From Paracoccaceae bacterium (GTDB taxonomy: Bacteria > Pseudomonadota > Alphaproteobacteria > Rhodobacterales > Rhodobacteraceae), in NCBI GenBank assembly GCA_013373325.1, contig JABXIA010000057.1:5896-69895 (forward strand): a DNA stretch of 64,000 nucleotides. The letters run 5' to 3'. Position 1 is the stretch's first letter. Each line of letters opens with the position of its first letter. Positions 45,668 to 54,360 of this stretch are shown here, one piece after another. The translations under genes and the position numbers were made by a program. Below the pieces are notes generated by a model. It worked only from the letters and a program-made list of their open reading frames with translations, was not told where the DNA came from and searched no databases.

Positions 45668-47350
45668 TCAGGCGTAATGCTTGTTCCGGGACATCTTGCC
45701 GATGCCGGGGTTCATGCTGTTGGTGGGGTCCACCGATTTGTAGAACGCCGCCAGATCCGGCTTGGCCGGGTACAGGTGGCCGACGTTGTGCTCTGCCGGG
45801 TATTCCGCCCCGCGCTTGTCCAGCAGCGCCAGCATCGCGTCCTTCAGCGCCTTCACGTCTGCACCCTTCTTCACGATGTAATCCTGATGCAGAACGTGGC
45901 ACATGAAATGCCCGTAATAGAGCCTGCCGGCCAGCTGATCCCCGATCTCCGGCGGCAGTTCCTCGAACCAGTCCTGATCGTTGCGGCGCAGGGCGATATC
46001 CAGCGCGATGATGTCCTCCACCTCGGCCCGGTGCACGGCCATGTAGCGCACCGCGGCGCCGGCCGCGGCAAAGCGGTGCAGCCCGGCCATCTTGGCCTCG
46101 CGCGGGGTGCATTCGAAGTAGCTGAGACTGCCGCCGCCCGCCATCTCCGCCAGCAGGGCGCGGGCCTCGGCAATGCCGCCATCGCGCATCTTGAGGATCA
46201 GGTGATGCGGGTGGGACCGGCGGAACGCCCGCATCCGCCGCGGAAGGATGTCCGGCCACAGGCGCGACAGCATCTGCATCACCCGGTCGGTCAGATTGCC
46301 CAGGCCGGGAATGCCGGCCAGCCGCGCATCCACTGCGCCTTTCAGCGCAAAGAACATGGGCAGCCGGTCCGTGCCCAGCTTGTCGATCATCACCATGGTG
46401 TCCTTGCCATAGCGGTCCGACAGGTCAAAGACATCCCGGTGCATGTATTCGGCGCTGACCGGCAGGGTGGCAAACTCCGCCAGAATGCGGCGGCGCAGGG
46501 CGGTCAGCGCCGCCGTGGTCCGGCTGCCGACGTAAAACGTCAGCTCTTCGGCGTTTTTCGGGTAGGTGTCCAGCCGCACCGCAAACACCGCCAGCTTGCC
46601 CGCGCAGCCCGCCGTCTCATAAAGCCGCGACTTGTCGGCATTGAACCGCGCCGGGGTCGGCGCGTCGATGTCGCGGACCCTGCGGGCATACGACGTGTCC
46701 GAGGCCTTCTTGTTGCCGGTCTCGATATCTTCAGGGCGGTAATCGCCGGTCTGCAGCCGGGTCAGGATCTCCTCCGGGCTGGCGCCCAGGTTGATGCCCA
46801 GATGGTTGACAAGCTCCAGCTGGCCGTCCCCGGTGATGCGGGCAAACAGCGACAGCTCGGTATAGGACGGCCCCCGCTCCACCAGCGACCCGCCGGAGTT
46901 GTTGCAGACGCCGCCCACAATCGACGCCCCGATGCAGGAAGAGCCGATCACCGAATGCGGCTGGCGGCCCAGCGGCGCCAGCAGCTTTTCCAGCGCAAAC
47001 AGGGTGCTGCCCGGGAAGCTGACGACCTGTTTGCCGCCCTCCAGCAGCTGCAGCTGGTCCATCCGCCGGGTGTTGATCAGCACCACATCCCGGTCATAGC
47101 TGCCCTTGGGGGTGGAGCCTTCGGTCAGCCCGGTGTTGGCCGCCTGCATGATGACGATCTTGTCCGCCGCGACACAGGCCTGCAGCACCTTCCACTGCTC
47201 CAGCAGGGTTGCAGGCCGGACCACCGCCAGCGCCTCCCCCTCACCGGAGCGGAACCCCTTGCGGAACCGCCGTGTGGCGCGGCCGCCGGTCAGCACATGG
47301 CGGCGCCCGCAGATGGATTTCAGTTCACGGATCAGCTCTGCATCGCTCAT
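45668..47350 (-). CDS. dld: FAD-dependent respiratory D-lactate dehydrogenase
   Basis: Long stretches match E. coli Dld as I recall it: MQAANTGLTEGSTP, HSVIGSSCIGAS, CAGKLAVFAVRLDT, HRFAAAGAA.RY, YYGHFMCHV.HQDYIVKKG, AEHNVGHLY and DPTNSMNPGIGK. The start was trimmed to 47350. Confidence 0.92.
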   Translation of the reverse strand: MSDAELIRELKSICGRRHVLTGGRATRRFRKGFRSGEGEALAVVRPATLLEQWKVLQACVAADKIVIMQAANTGLTEGSTPKGSYDRDVVLINTRRMDQLQLLEGGKQVVSFPGSTLFALEKLLAPLGRQPHSVIGSSCIGASIVGGVCNNSGGSLVERGPSYTELSLFARITGDGQLELVNHLGINLGASPEEILTRLQTGDYRPEDIETGNKKASDTSYARRVRDIDAPTPARFNADKSRLYETAGCAGKLAVFAVRLDTYPKNAEELTFYVGSRTTAALTALRRRILAEFATLPVSAEYMHRDVFDLSDRYGKDTMVMIDKLGTDRLPMFFALKGAVDARLAGIPGLGNLTDRVMQMLSRLWPDILPRRMRAFRRSHPHHLILKMRDGGIAEARALLAEMAGGGSLSYFECTPREAKMAGLHRFAAAGAAVRYMAVHRAEVEDIIALDIALRRNDQDWFEELPPEIGDQLAGRLYYGHFMCHVLHQDYIVKKGADVKALKDAMLALLDKRGAEYPAEHNVGHLYPAKPDLAAFYKSVDPTNSMNPGIGKMSRNKHYA

Positions 47351-47369
47351 CACATCCGCCCTCCCCTGC

Positions 47370-49436
47370 TCAGTACGCCACAGAGGGCAGCCAGGTCGCC
47401 AGTGCCGGCCACAGGTAGACAAACATCAGCCCGGTCAGCTGCAGCAGCACAAAGGGAATGATGCCCTTGTAGATATGGCCCAGGCGGATTTCCGGCGGGC
47501 AGACGCCCTTGAGGTAGAACAGCGCAAAGCCAACCGGCGGCGTCAGGAAGGAGGTCTGCAGCGTCACCGCCACCAGGATCACGAACCACACCAGCGCCGG
47601 CTCATCGATGGCGCCGAAACCGGGGATATCCAGCCCCAGCCCGTTCACGATCGGGCGCATCAGCGGCAGCACAATCAGGGTGATCTCGATCCAGTCCAGC
47701 ACGAAACCCAGCAGGAACACGATGAACAGGATCATGAACACAGTGCCCTCCGGCCCGAAACCGGTGCCCTGGATCATCTCCTCGATCAGCGCGTCGCCGC
47801 CCAGCTCCCGCAGCACATAGGAAAACACCGTGGCACCCAGGAAGATCGCAAAGATATAAGCGGTGGTGTTGAAGGTCGCCTTTAGCACATTGACCAGCTT
47901 CGCCAGCGTCAGCTTGCGGTAGCCAAGCGCCAGCAGCGTCGCCCCCAAAGCGCCCACGCCCGACGCCTCGGTCGGCGTGGTGAGGCCTGCAAAAATAGAG
48001 CCTAACACGGCCAGAATAAGCCCCAGCGTCGGCAGCACCGCAATCAGCACGTCCTTGACCGCGGCCCAGTCCGGACGCTTGGCCCCCGCAGGCACCGGCG
48101 CGACGTCGCGTTTGATCAGCGCAATCACAAAGATATAGGTGAGGTAGAGCGCGCCGATGATCACGCCGGGGAACACCGCGGCCATGAACAGGTCGCCGAC
48201 GCTCAGCGCCATCTGGTCGGCCATGATCACCAGCATGATCGAGGGCGGGATCAGAATGCCCAATGTGCCGGAGGCCGAGACCACGCCCGCCGCCAGCGCA
48301 GGCGAATACTTCTGCTCCATCATCGACGGCAGCGACAAGACGCCCAGCAGCACCACAGAGGCACCGATGATGCCGGTGGAGGCCGCAAGGATGATGCCGA
48401 TCAGGGTGACGGTGATCGCCAGCCCGCCGCGCACGGTGCCGAACAGGCGCTGCATCGCACTCATCAGACGCTCCGCCACGCCGCTTTCATCCAGCATCAG
48501 ACCCATGAAGATGAACATCGGCAGCGCCACCAGCACCGCGTTCGACATGGTGGCATAGACCCGGTTCACCACCGCGCCCAGGGTCAGGTAATCCAGCCCG
48601 GTCAGGGTTTCCTCCAGCCCGGTCCAGTTCATCATGCCGTTGTCGAACAGATAGGCCAGCCCGCAATAGGCCACCCCTACCCCGGCCAGCGTCCAGGCCA
48701 CCGGAAAGCCGGTGAACAGCAGCGCAATGAAGGTCAGGAACATGGCGATGACCAGCTTTTCCTCGGTGGTCTCCACCAGGAAGGTCAGCGCGGTGGCGAC
48801 AACAGCAAAGCCAACCAGCGCCCAGATCACCAGCCGCAGGCTTTTGCCTGCACGCTCCTCTGCCGGGCCCGCCAGCAGCGCGTGGCCGTCGTGGATCAGC
48901 CGCGCCAGCGCCGCTGCCGCCAACAGGACAAAGCTCAGCGGGATCACCGCCTTCAGCGCCCAGCGGGCCGGCAGGCCGGTGGGGCTATCGGAACGTTCGT
49001 TCACCCGCCAGCTTTCGTAGAAATAATCATAGCCCTGATCGATCATCAGATAGATGAACGGCACCAGCAGGGTCAGGATGCCGATCACCTCGATGATCCG
49101 CCGGGCGCGGCGGCTCAGCTGCATATGCAGCACATCCACCCGCACATGGCTGTCGGTGACCAGCGCATAGGAAATGCCGATCATCGTCACCAGCCCGTAG
49201 AAATGCCACTGGATCTCGTCCAGCTTGGGATAGTTCTGGTTCAGCAGGTAGCGCAGCGCGACCTGCGACACGATGGCCAGCACCAACAGCAGGTTGGCCC
49301 ACATCACCAGATTGCCGGTCCCCTTGACCGTGTTGTCGATCCAAACCGCCAGCCGTTGCCGGTCCTCGTCGCCGTGCTCCAGGATCTCTTCGTAGCGTTC
49401 GATCGGGTCGTCCTGCAGGTGCAGATTCTCAGCCAT
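47370..49436 (-). CDS. TRAP transporter fused small+large permease (DctQ-DctM fusion)
   Basis: 688-aa polytopic protein with a DctQ-like N-terminal module (about 190 aa) followed by a DctM-like body. Confidence 0.9.
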   Translation of the reverse strand: MAENLHLQDDPIERYEEILEHGDEDRQRLAVWIDNTVKGTGNLVMWANLLLVLAIVSQVALRYLLNQNYPKLDEIQWHFYGLVTMIGISYALVTDSHVRVDVLHMQLSRRARRIIEVIGILTLLVPFIYLMIDQGYDYFYESWRVNERSDSPTGLPARWALKAVIPLSFVLLAAAALARLIHDGHALLAGPAEERAGKSLRLVIWALVGFAVVATALTFLVETTEEKLVIAMFLTFIALLFTGFPVAWTLAGVGVAYCGLAYLFDNGMMNWTGLEETLTGLDYLTLGAVVNRVYATMSNAVLVALPMFIFMGLMLDESGVAERLMSAMQRLFGTVRGGLAITVTLIGIILAASTGIIGASVVLLGVLSLPSMMEQKYSPALAAGVVSASGTLGILIPPSIMLVIMADQMALSVGDLFMAAVFPGVIIGALYLTYIFVIALIKRDVAPVPAGAKRPDWAAVKDVLIAVLPTLGLILAVLGSIFAGLTTPTEASGVGALGATLLALGYRKLTLAKLVNVLKATFNTTAYIFAIFLGATVFSYVLRELGGDALIEEMIQGTGFGPEGTVFMILFIVFLLGFVLDWIEITLIVLPLMRPIVNGLGLDIPGFGAIDEPALVWFVILVAVTLQTSFLTPPVGFALFYLKGVCPPEIRLGHIYKGIIPFVLLQLTGLMFVYLWPALATWLPSVAY

Positions 49437-49559
49437 GGTTTCCTCCTCCGGAACGTGGCGTGCGCGGACGTGAATGCGCCCGTGTCAGTCAGGGAAATGA
49501 CGAAAATCAGGGAAAGGCGGGGCGGCGGAAATGCTGCCGCCCCAAGGTGCGCAAGCGGA

Positions 49560-50612
49560 TTACTTGCGCGGGAGGAATGCGTTTTCCTTCCAGACCGCAT
49601 AGCCTTCGCGGAAGGTCTGCATGTCCAGCAGCACCCGGCCGAAGAACTGGTCGTTGGTGGCTTCTTCCGCGGCAACCTCGTCCCAGGTGGCGCGGAACAG
49701 CTCCAGCATCTGTGCGTCCCACTGCTTGATGTGAACGCCGTTGTTTTCAACATTGTCGATCAGCGCCGCGTGCTGGATCGCCTCGCCTTCGGCAAAGCTG
49801 TCGGCCATCGACGCCTTGCAGGCGTTTTCGATGATCGCCTTGTGCTGGTCGCTGGCTTCGTTCCAGACGTCCTTGTTGACCAGCAGTTCAAACACGGTGG
49901 CCTGCTGGTGCCAGCCGGGGAAGTAGTTGTATTTCACCAGCTTGTGAAAGCCCAGACGGGCGTCGATGGCAGGCATCGAGAACTCGGTCGCGTCAATCGC
50001 GCCCTTCTCCAGCGCCGGGAAGATCTCGCCGCCGGGCAGCAGCGATGTGGCCACACCCAGCTTCTGCATCACCTTGCCGCCCAGGCCGAAAAACCGCATC
50101 TTCAGGCCGTTCAGGTCCTCGGCGCTGTTGATCTCCTTGGCGAACCAGCCGGAGGTCTCCGGCGCGATCACCGCACAGGGCAGAACCTTCACGTTATAAC
50201 CCGCTTGGTCGTACATCTCCTGATACAGGGTCATGCCGTTGCCATAGTAGAGCCAGGCCATGTATTCGCCCGCTTCCGGACCGAACGGCACGGCGGAGAA
50301 CAGCGGCGCGGCCGGGATCTTGCCCGCCCAGTAACCGGCGGTGGTGTAACCGGAGTTGATCTTGCCCGAGGACACCGCGTCCAGGATCTCGAACGGCGGC
50401 ACCAGCTTGCCGGGCTCATAGACCTTCATCTTGAGGCTGCCGCCGGACATCAGGTCCAGTTGCTCAGCCACCCGCGGGATCGGCGTGCCGAGCCCCGGCA
50501 GCGCGGTCGAAAACGCAATCGGGGTTTTCAGCAGCAGCTTGTCGGCGGCCTGTGCGGCAGGGGCCGCCAGCAGCGATGCGGCCACGGCCAGCGAGGTCAG
50601 GGTCTTCTTCAT
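49560..50612 (-). CDS. TRAP transporter solute-binding protein (DctP family)
   Basis: The signal peptide is MKKTLTSLAVAASLLAAPAAQA. The start at 50612 follows a GGAGGAGA RBS. Confidence 0.88.
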   Translation of the reverse strand: MKKTLTSLAVAASLLAAPAAQAADKLLLKTPIAFSTALPGLGTPIPRVAEQLDLMSGGSLKMKVYEPGKLVPPFEILDAVSSGKINSGYTTAGYWAGKIPAAPLFSAVPFGPEAGEYMAWLYYGNGMTLYQEMYDQAGYNVKVLPCAVIAPETSGWFAKEINSAEDLNGLKMRFFGLGGKVMQKLGVATSLLPGGEIFPALEKGAIDATEFSMPAIDARLGFHKLVKYNYFPGWHQQATVFELLVNKDVWNEASDQHKAIIENACKASMADSFAEGEAIQHAALIDNVENNGVHIKQWDAQMLELFRATWDEVAAEEATNDQFFGRVLLDMQTFREGYAVWKENAFLPRK

Positions 50613-50679
50613 GGGATCTCCTCCGGGTTCAGTCCGGCCGCTCCTCCGGCCGCAATTCCAACCGCTGATGCGGCATGAC

Positions 50680-50727
50680 TGGTAAATATTGTTGACCACA
50701 CAAATCAGTCAACAACTTTATTTACCA
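50680..50727. promoter_or_regulatory. nested palindrome, candidate operator of the divergent FadR-type regulator
   Basis: TGGTAAAT (50680-50687) pairs with ATTTACCA (50720-50727), enclosing TTGTTGAC (50689-50696) paired with GTCAACAA (50708-50715). A third TGGTAAA occurs at 50886-50892. Confidence 0.4.
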
Positions 50728-50942
50728 CTGAGCTGACGGACGGCGGGAACGTGAAGCGAGCAAAACCGCATGCATTTTTCGCACTTTGAAGGCAGGTTCA
50801 GAAAAGATTGTTTTCTTTCATGCTATTGTCTGAACCCCGGATATCCGTATTTCTGGGTACCGCGGCTTGCAGTTTTGCGGCGCAGTGGTAAAGTTTCGGA
50901 ATGACCTCTGGTTCGAGGTTTCCCTGCATCAAAGTGGACGCC

Positions 50943-51716
50943 ATGACCGATATCCGCCCGTTTGACCCCGTTGGACACGAATCGATTGCCGATGCCGTGG
51001 TGGAGCAGATTGAGACGATGATCGTCGACGGCATCCTCAAGGAGGGCCGCAAACTGCCCTCCGAACGGGAGCTGGCAGAGGCCATGGGGGTGTCGCGACC
51101 CAAGCTGCGCGAGGCGCTGCAAACACTGGAAAGCCGCGGGCTGGTCAATGTCCGCCATGGCGAGGGCACCTTCATCGCGCCGCTCACCGGCCGGGCCATG
51201 TCCCCTGCCCTCCTGTCGCTCTACACCCGCCACGGCGGCGCCTTCTACGACTATCTGGAATACCGCCGCGAGCAGGAGGCCTTTGCCAGTCGCCTGGCTG
51301 CCGCCCGTGCCACAGACTCCGACAAGGCCCGGCTGGCCGAGATCATCGCCGATATGCAGAAAGCCTGGGAACAGGACGATCAGGACGCCAGCCAGGAGGC
51401 CGACTTCCGCCTGCACACCGCCGTCGTCGATGCCAGCCAGAACACCACGCTGATCCACATGATGGCCTCGGTCTACGATCTGACCCGGCAGGGGGTGTTC
51501 TACAACCGGGAATTCCTGCGCACCATGGATGGCACCGGCGCCGAGCTGCTGAAGCAGCACAAGGAAATTGCCCAGGCGATCATCGACGGCGACCCGGAGC
51601 GCGCCGAGGCGGCTGCCAGGTGCCACATGGACTTCGTCGAGGAATCCTTCCGTACCGGCCAAGAGCAGCAGGCCCGCGAGATCCGCGCCGCCAAGCGGCG
51701 GCAGCTGACCCGGTAG
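50943..51716 (+). CDS. GntR/FadR-family regulator (LldR/PdhR-like)
   Basis: A wHTH segment (IADAVVEQIETMIVDGILKEGRKLPSERELAEAMGVSRPKLREALQTLESRGLV) precedes an FCD-type C-terminal domain. The start was trimmed to the ATG at 50943. Confidence 0.85.
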   Translation: MTDIRPFDPVGHESIADAVVEQIETMIVDGILKEGRKLPSERELAEAMGVSRPKLREALQTLESRGLVNVRHGEGTFIAPLTGRAMSPALLSLYTRHGGAFYDYLEYRREQEAFASRLAAARATDSDKARLAEIIADMQKAWEQDDQDASQEADFRLHTAVVDASQNTTLIHMMASVYDLTRQGVFYNREFLRTMDGTGAELLKQHKEIAQAIIDGDPERAEAAARCHMDFVEESFRTGQEQQAREIRAAKRRQLTR

Positions 51717-51898
51717 ACCTCCGGGCTTTGCTTTGAAGCGGTGACTGATAGAGGGGCCTGTGTCTTCCCCTGCCTCAGATCCACGCCGAAACTAAGGTTC
51801 TTCATTTACATCATCGCGTCGGCGGCACTGTCCTGCTGCCCGGCATAACGGGCAGCCACGGTTCTGATTTCTTCGGCAACCGCAGAACCTGGCGCGGA

Positions 51899-51914
51899 GT
51901 TCACAGCTGTGAAC
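51899..51914. other. parS-like centromere: perfect 16-bp palindrome GTTCACAGCTGTGAAC
   Basis: The sequence is a perfect palindrome that fits the repABC parS consensus GTTNNCNGCNGNNAAC as I recall it. It lies 3 bp downstream of the repC stop. Confidence 0.7.
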
Positions 51915-51917
51915 TCT

Positions 51918-53171
51918 CTAGGCTGCGACCTTCCGGGCCAGTGCCATGACCATCGGAGCACTGGTGAAAGTTCCCGCCACAGCCTTGGCGCTCAGATGCC
52001 GGAGGTATCCGCTGGGAGAGCGGATGTCCGCGAACCGTTCGAGCATGGCGGCGGCCACGGTTGCGGCCTCTGCCGCGCCCATGACGGTCTTGGCCTCTTC
52101 CCAGACAGCTGAAGAGATCCCCATCATCGGGCGCACGGTATCAGCCGCCCGCAGGAGGTCGGGCCAATGGCGGATGGGTCCGTCCGCATAGCTCTGGATC
52201 TCGCCGCAGGCCGACAAGATCAGGCGCAGCGGCAGGTTGGGGCCGCTGGAGGCTAGGGCCTTGGACGTTCGGTGTGTGGCTTCATGGGTTCCGGACCTTC
52301 GTTCTGAGGGTTTCTCAGCATAGCCGGTGTCCTCTTGCGATTCCGTTTGCGGTGCGTGCGCTGCCTTAACGGGCTGTTCAGATTCAAAAGAGTCTTCTTT
52401 AGAATTCTGATAGTGGTGCTCATTTTGGGCGCCGCTGGTGCCCGGTTCATCTGCAAAGAGAGTTTCCAATTGGCACTTAGCCTCCTCCAATGCCTTGGAG
52501 AGGCGGGTCTGGAGGTCTGCCAGTTCGGCCAGTGCCAGCTTGCGGCGGAGGTCACGGGCGGTGAGATGGGCGAGATCCTGGAACTGGTCCCAGACGGCAA
52601 TCTCAGGACGTTCTGCGGCGCCCAGAAGGGCAAGGTTCAGCAGGTCGCGGCGCATCAGGCTGACGGTTTCGCGCAGCTGCTTGATCCGGTCAGCCAGGGC
52701 GCGTTCCGCCGCTGCGGCGTCGGAAAACTCGGCGTAGCGGCGGGCGAGGGGAGACAGGTCAAACCCATAGGCCACCCGTTCGCCCTGAGAGCGGCGCACG
52801 TAGCGTTTGCCGTTGGGGCTGTCGCGGCGGATCAGGATGCCTGCGGCCACCAGCTTGGCCATATGGCGGCGCATGGTGGAATTGGGCATCCCGTTCAGAC
52901 GCTCGCAGATTGTCCGGTTGGACGGATGCACCACAGTGGCGCCGGGCTGCGGGTCCACGTCTGTGCCGGGCAGGAAGCTGATCAGCGCCTGCAGGACAGA
53001 GAGGTCGCGGTCGTTCAGGCCGTAGCCCTTGCGCGCGGCTGCCAGTTCGCGCAGCGCGTCCCATTTGCTGACAGGGCTGAGCATAGGGGAAGGTGCGGCG
53101 GCGGCCTGCTGATGTTTCAGCAGGACAGCATCCACCGTTCGCCCGAAAGGCGTGAGGGGCATATATCCCAT
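51918..53171 (-). CDS. repC: replication initiator RepC
   Basis: The sequence contains TPFGRT..., LSVLQALISFLPG and HPSNRTICERLNGMPNSTMRRHMAKLVAAGILIRRDSPNGKRY. The start is at 53171, or alternatively 53162. Confidence 0.9.
   Translation of the reverse strand: MGYMPLTPFGRTVDAVLLKHQQAAAAPSPMLSPVSKWDALRELAAARKGYGLNDRDLSVLQALISFLPGTDVDPQPGATVVHPSNRTICERLNGMPNSTMRRHMAKLVAAGILIRRDSPNGKRYVRRSQGERVAYGFDLSPLARRYAEFSDAAAAERALADRIKQLRETVSLMRRDLLNLALLGAAERPEIAVWDQFQDLAHLTARDLRRKLALAELADLQTRLSKALEEAKCQLETLFADEPGTSGAQNEHHYQNSKEDSFESEQPVKAAHAPQTESQEDTGYAEKPSERRSGTHEATHRTSKALASSGPNLPLRLILSACGEIQSYADGPIRHWPDLLRAADTVRPMMGISSAVWEEAKTVMGAAEAATVAAAMLERFADIRSPSGYLRHLSAKAVAGTFTSAPMVMALARKVAA
52376..52428. other. 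AT-rich island inside repC (candidate oriV core)
   Basis: TTCAGATTCAAAAGAGTCTTCTTTAGAATTCTGATAGTGGTGCTCATTTTGGG is conspicuously AT-rich within a high-GC gene. repABC origins have been mapped inside repC. Confidence 0.35.
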
Positions 53172-53254
53172 GTCATCATCACGAAAGACAAAAAAACAGC
53201 GGCCCGCGAATCGCTTTGGACTTGCGGTTATCACCTCCGGCCACTAACTTGAGA

Positions 53255-53309
53255 GTGCTAGAAACAAGTTGGTCTCGTGGAGCTTCGGTTTTGCGGGGCC
53301 TTCTTTTTT
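53255..53309 (+). ncRNA. candidate counter-transcribed RNA (ctRNA, incompatibility-alpha type) in the repB-repC spacer
   Basis: The plus strand is antisense to the operon. It carries stem GGUCUCG (53271-53277) / CGGGGCC (53294-53300) followed by UUCUUUUUU. A possible promoter has -35 TTGCGG at 53222 and -10 TAACTT at 53245, separated by 17 bp. The 5' end is not determined. Confidence 0.5.
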
Positions 53310-53343
53310 GCCTGCTCTGTGCCTCCTAAGTTGTTGTTTTCAT

Positions 53344-54360
53344 TTATTCGTCGCCGCGCGACTGCCAGCGCGCGTGAAGCTCTTCAATCAGTGTTTGCGC
53401 CTCAGCCTCCAGCCAGTCGGCAAAACCGCCGCCCGGCAGTTCCAGGCTGACGCCCTTGGCGGTGCGGCGCAGGGTGGCGCTGCGCAGGCCATCCACGGTC
53501 AGCGGCTGGCTGAGGGTGCGCGCCTTGGCGGGTTTGGCCGGTTTCTGCGGGGCAGGGGCGGAGGCCACGGCGCTGAACACCGCCTCAAACGCCAGCACCG
53601 ACGGGTCGGCGGGTTCGGCCTCGGCGGTGCCATTGACGGCGCGCATGGTGAAATCGTCGTATTCTTTCTGGGCGATGGCAATCAGCCCCTCCTGGCTGGC
53701 GCCGCTGGCGGCAATTGCCTTGGCCAGCGCGTCCCAGCGGGGGCGGCCGATGCCCTGAGCCGGGCCGATGGCGCGGATCAGATCGGGGCCTACCGCCTCG
53801 GCAATGGCGATGGCCATGGAGACGGAGGATTTGGTGACGGTCAGCACCTCGGCGACCTGCGACTGGTTGCCGAAACCGTTTTCGACCAGCTCCTGCGCGA
53901 ACAGGGCCTTTTCGATGAAGGAGAGGTCGCGGCGCGCCATGTTTTCGGAAATCTGCGCACGCACGGCGGCGTCATCGTCCAGAGTGGCCACCAGGGCGCG
54001 GACCTTGGTCACCTTGTCAGAGGCGCGGATCGCCTCCAGCCGGCGGCGGCCGTAGACCAGCAGATAGCGGTCGGCCTCGGACGGGTGGCGGCGGACCAGG
54101 ATCGGCACGGTCTGGCCGTTGGCCTCAATCGCGTCGCGCAGGTCGTGGATGTCGTTGGGGTCGAGCCGGTCGTGGACGCGGGTGTCCTCGATCTGATGCG
54201 GCTCCAGATCCCAGACCCGGTGCGAATCCACCGCGTCGCGGGCCGAGCGCAGGGCGCGGTTGCTGGACATCATCGGCGTCGCCGGGGCAGGGGAGGAGAC
54301 CGGCGCGCCGGCCGCGGCCAGGCTGTCGAGCATCGAAAGGCGGGATTTCTTGCTGGTCAT
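53344..54360 (-). CDS. repB: partition protein RepB (ParB family)
   Basis: The ParB-like box VPILVRRHPSEADRYLLVYGRRRLEA and HTH segment ENMARRDLSFIEKALFAQEL are present. The start overlaps the repA stop by 4 nt. Confidence 0.9.
   Translation of the reverse strand: MTSKKSRLSMLDSLAAAGAPVSSPAPATPMMSSNRALRSARDAVDSHRVWDLEPHQIEDTRVHDRLDPNDIHDLRDAIEANGQTVPILVRRHPSEADRYLLVYGRRRLEAIRASDKVTKVRALVATLDDDAAVRAQISENMARRDLSFIEKALFAQELVENGFGNQSQVAEVLTVTKSSVSMAIAIAEAVGPDLIRAIGPAQGIGRPRWDALAKAIAASGASQEGLIAIAQKEYDDFTMRAVNGTAEAEPADPSVLAFEAVFSAVASAPAPQKPAKPAKARTLSQPLTVDGLRSATLRRTAKGVSLELPGGGFADWLEAEAQTLIEELHARWQSRGDE

Noticed and set aside
47106-50678. Plus-strand ORFs of 259 aa and 598 aa
   Set aside because: They are antisense to the fused TRAP permease and dctP. 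Their composition is low complexity.
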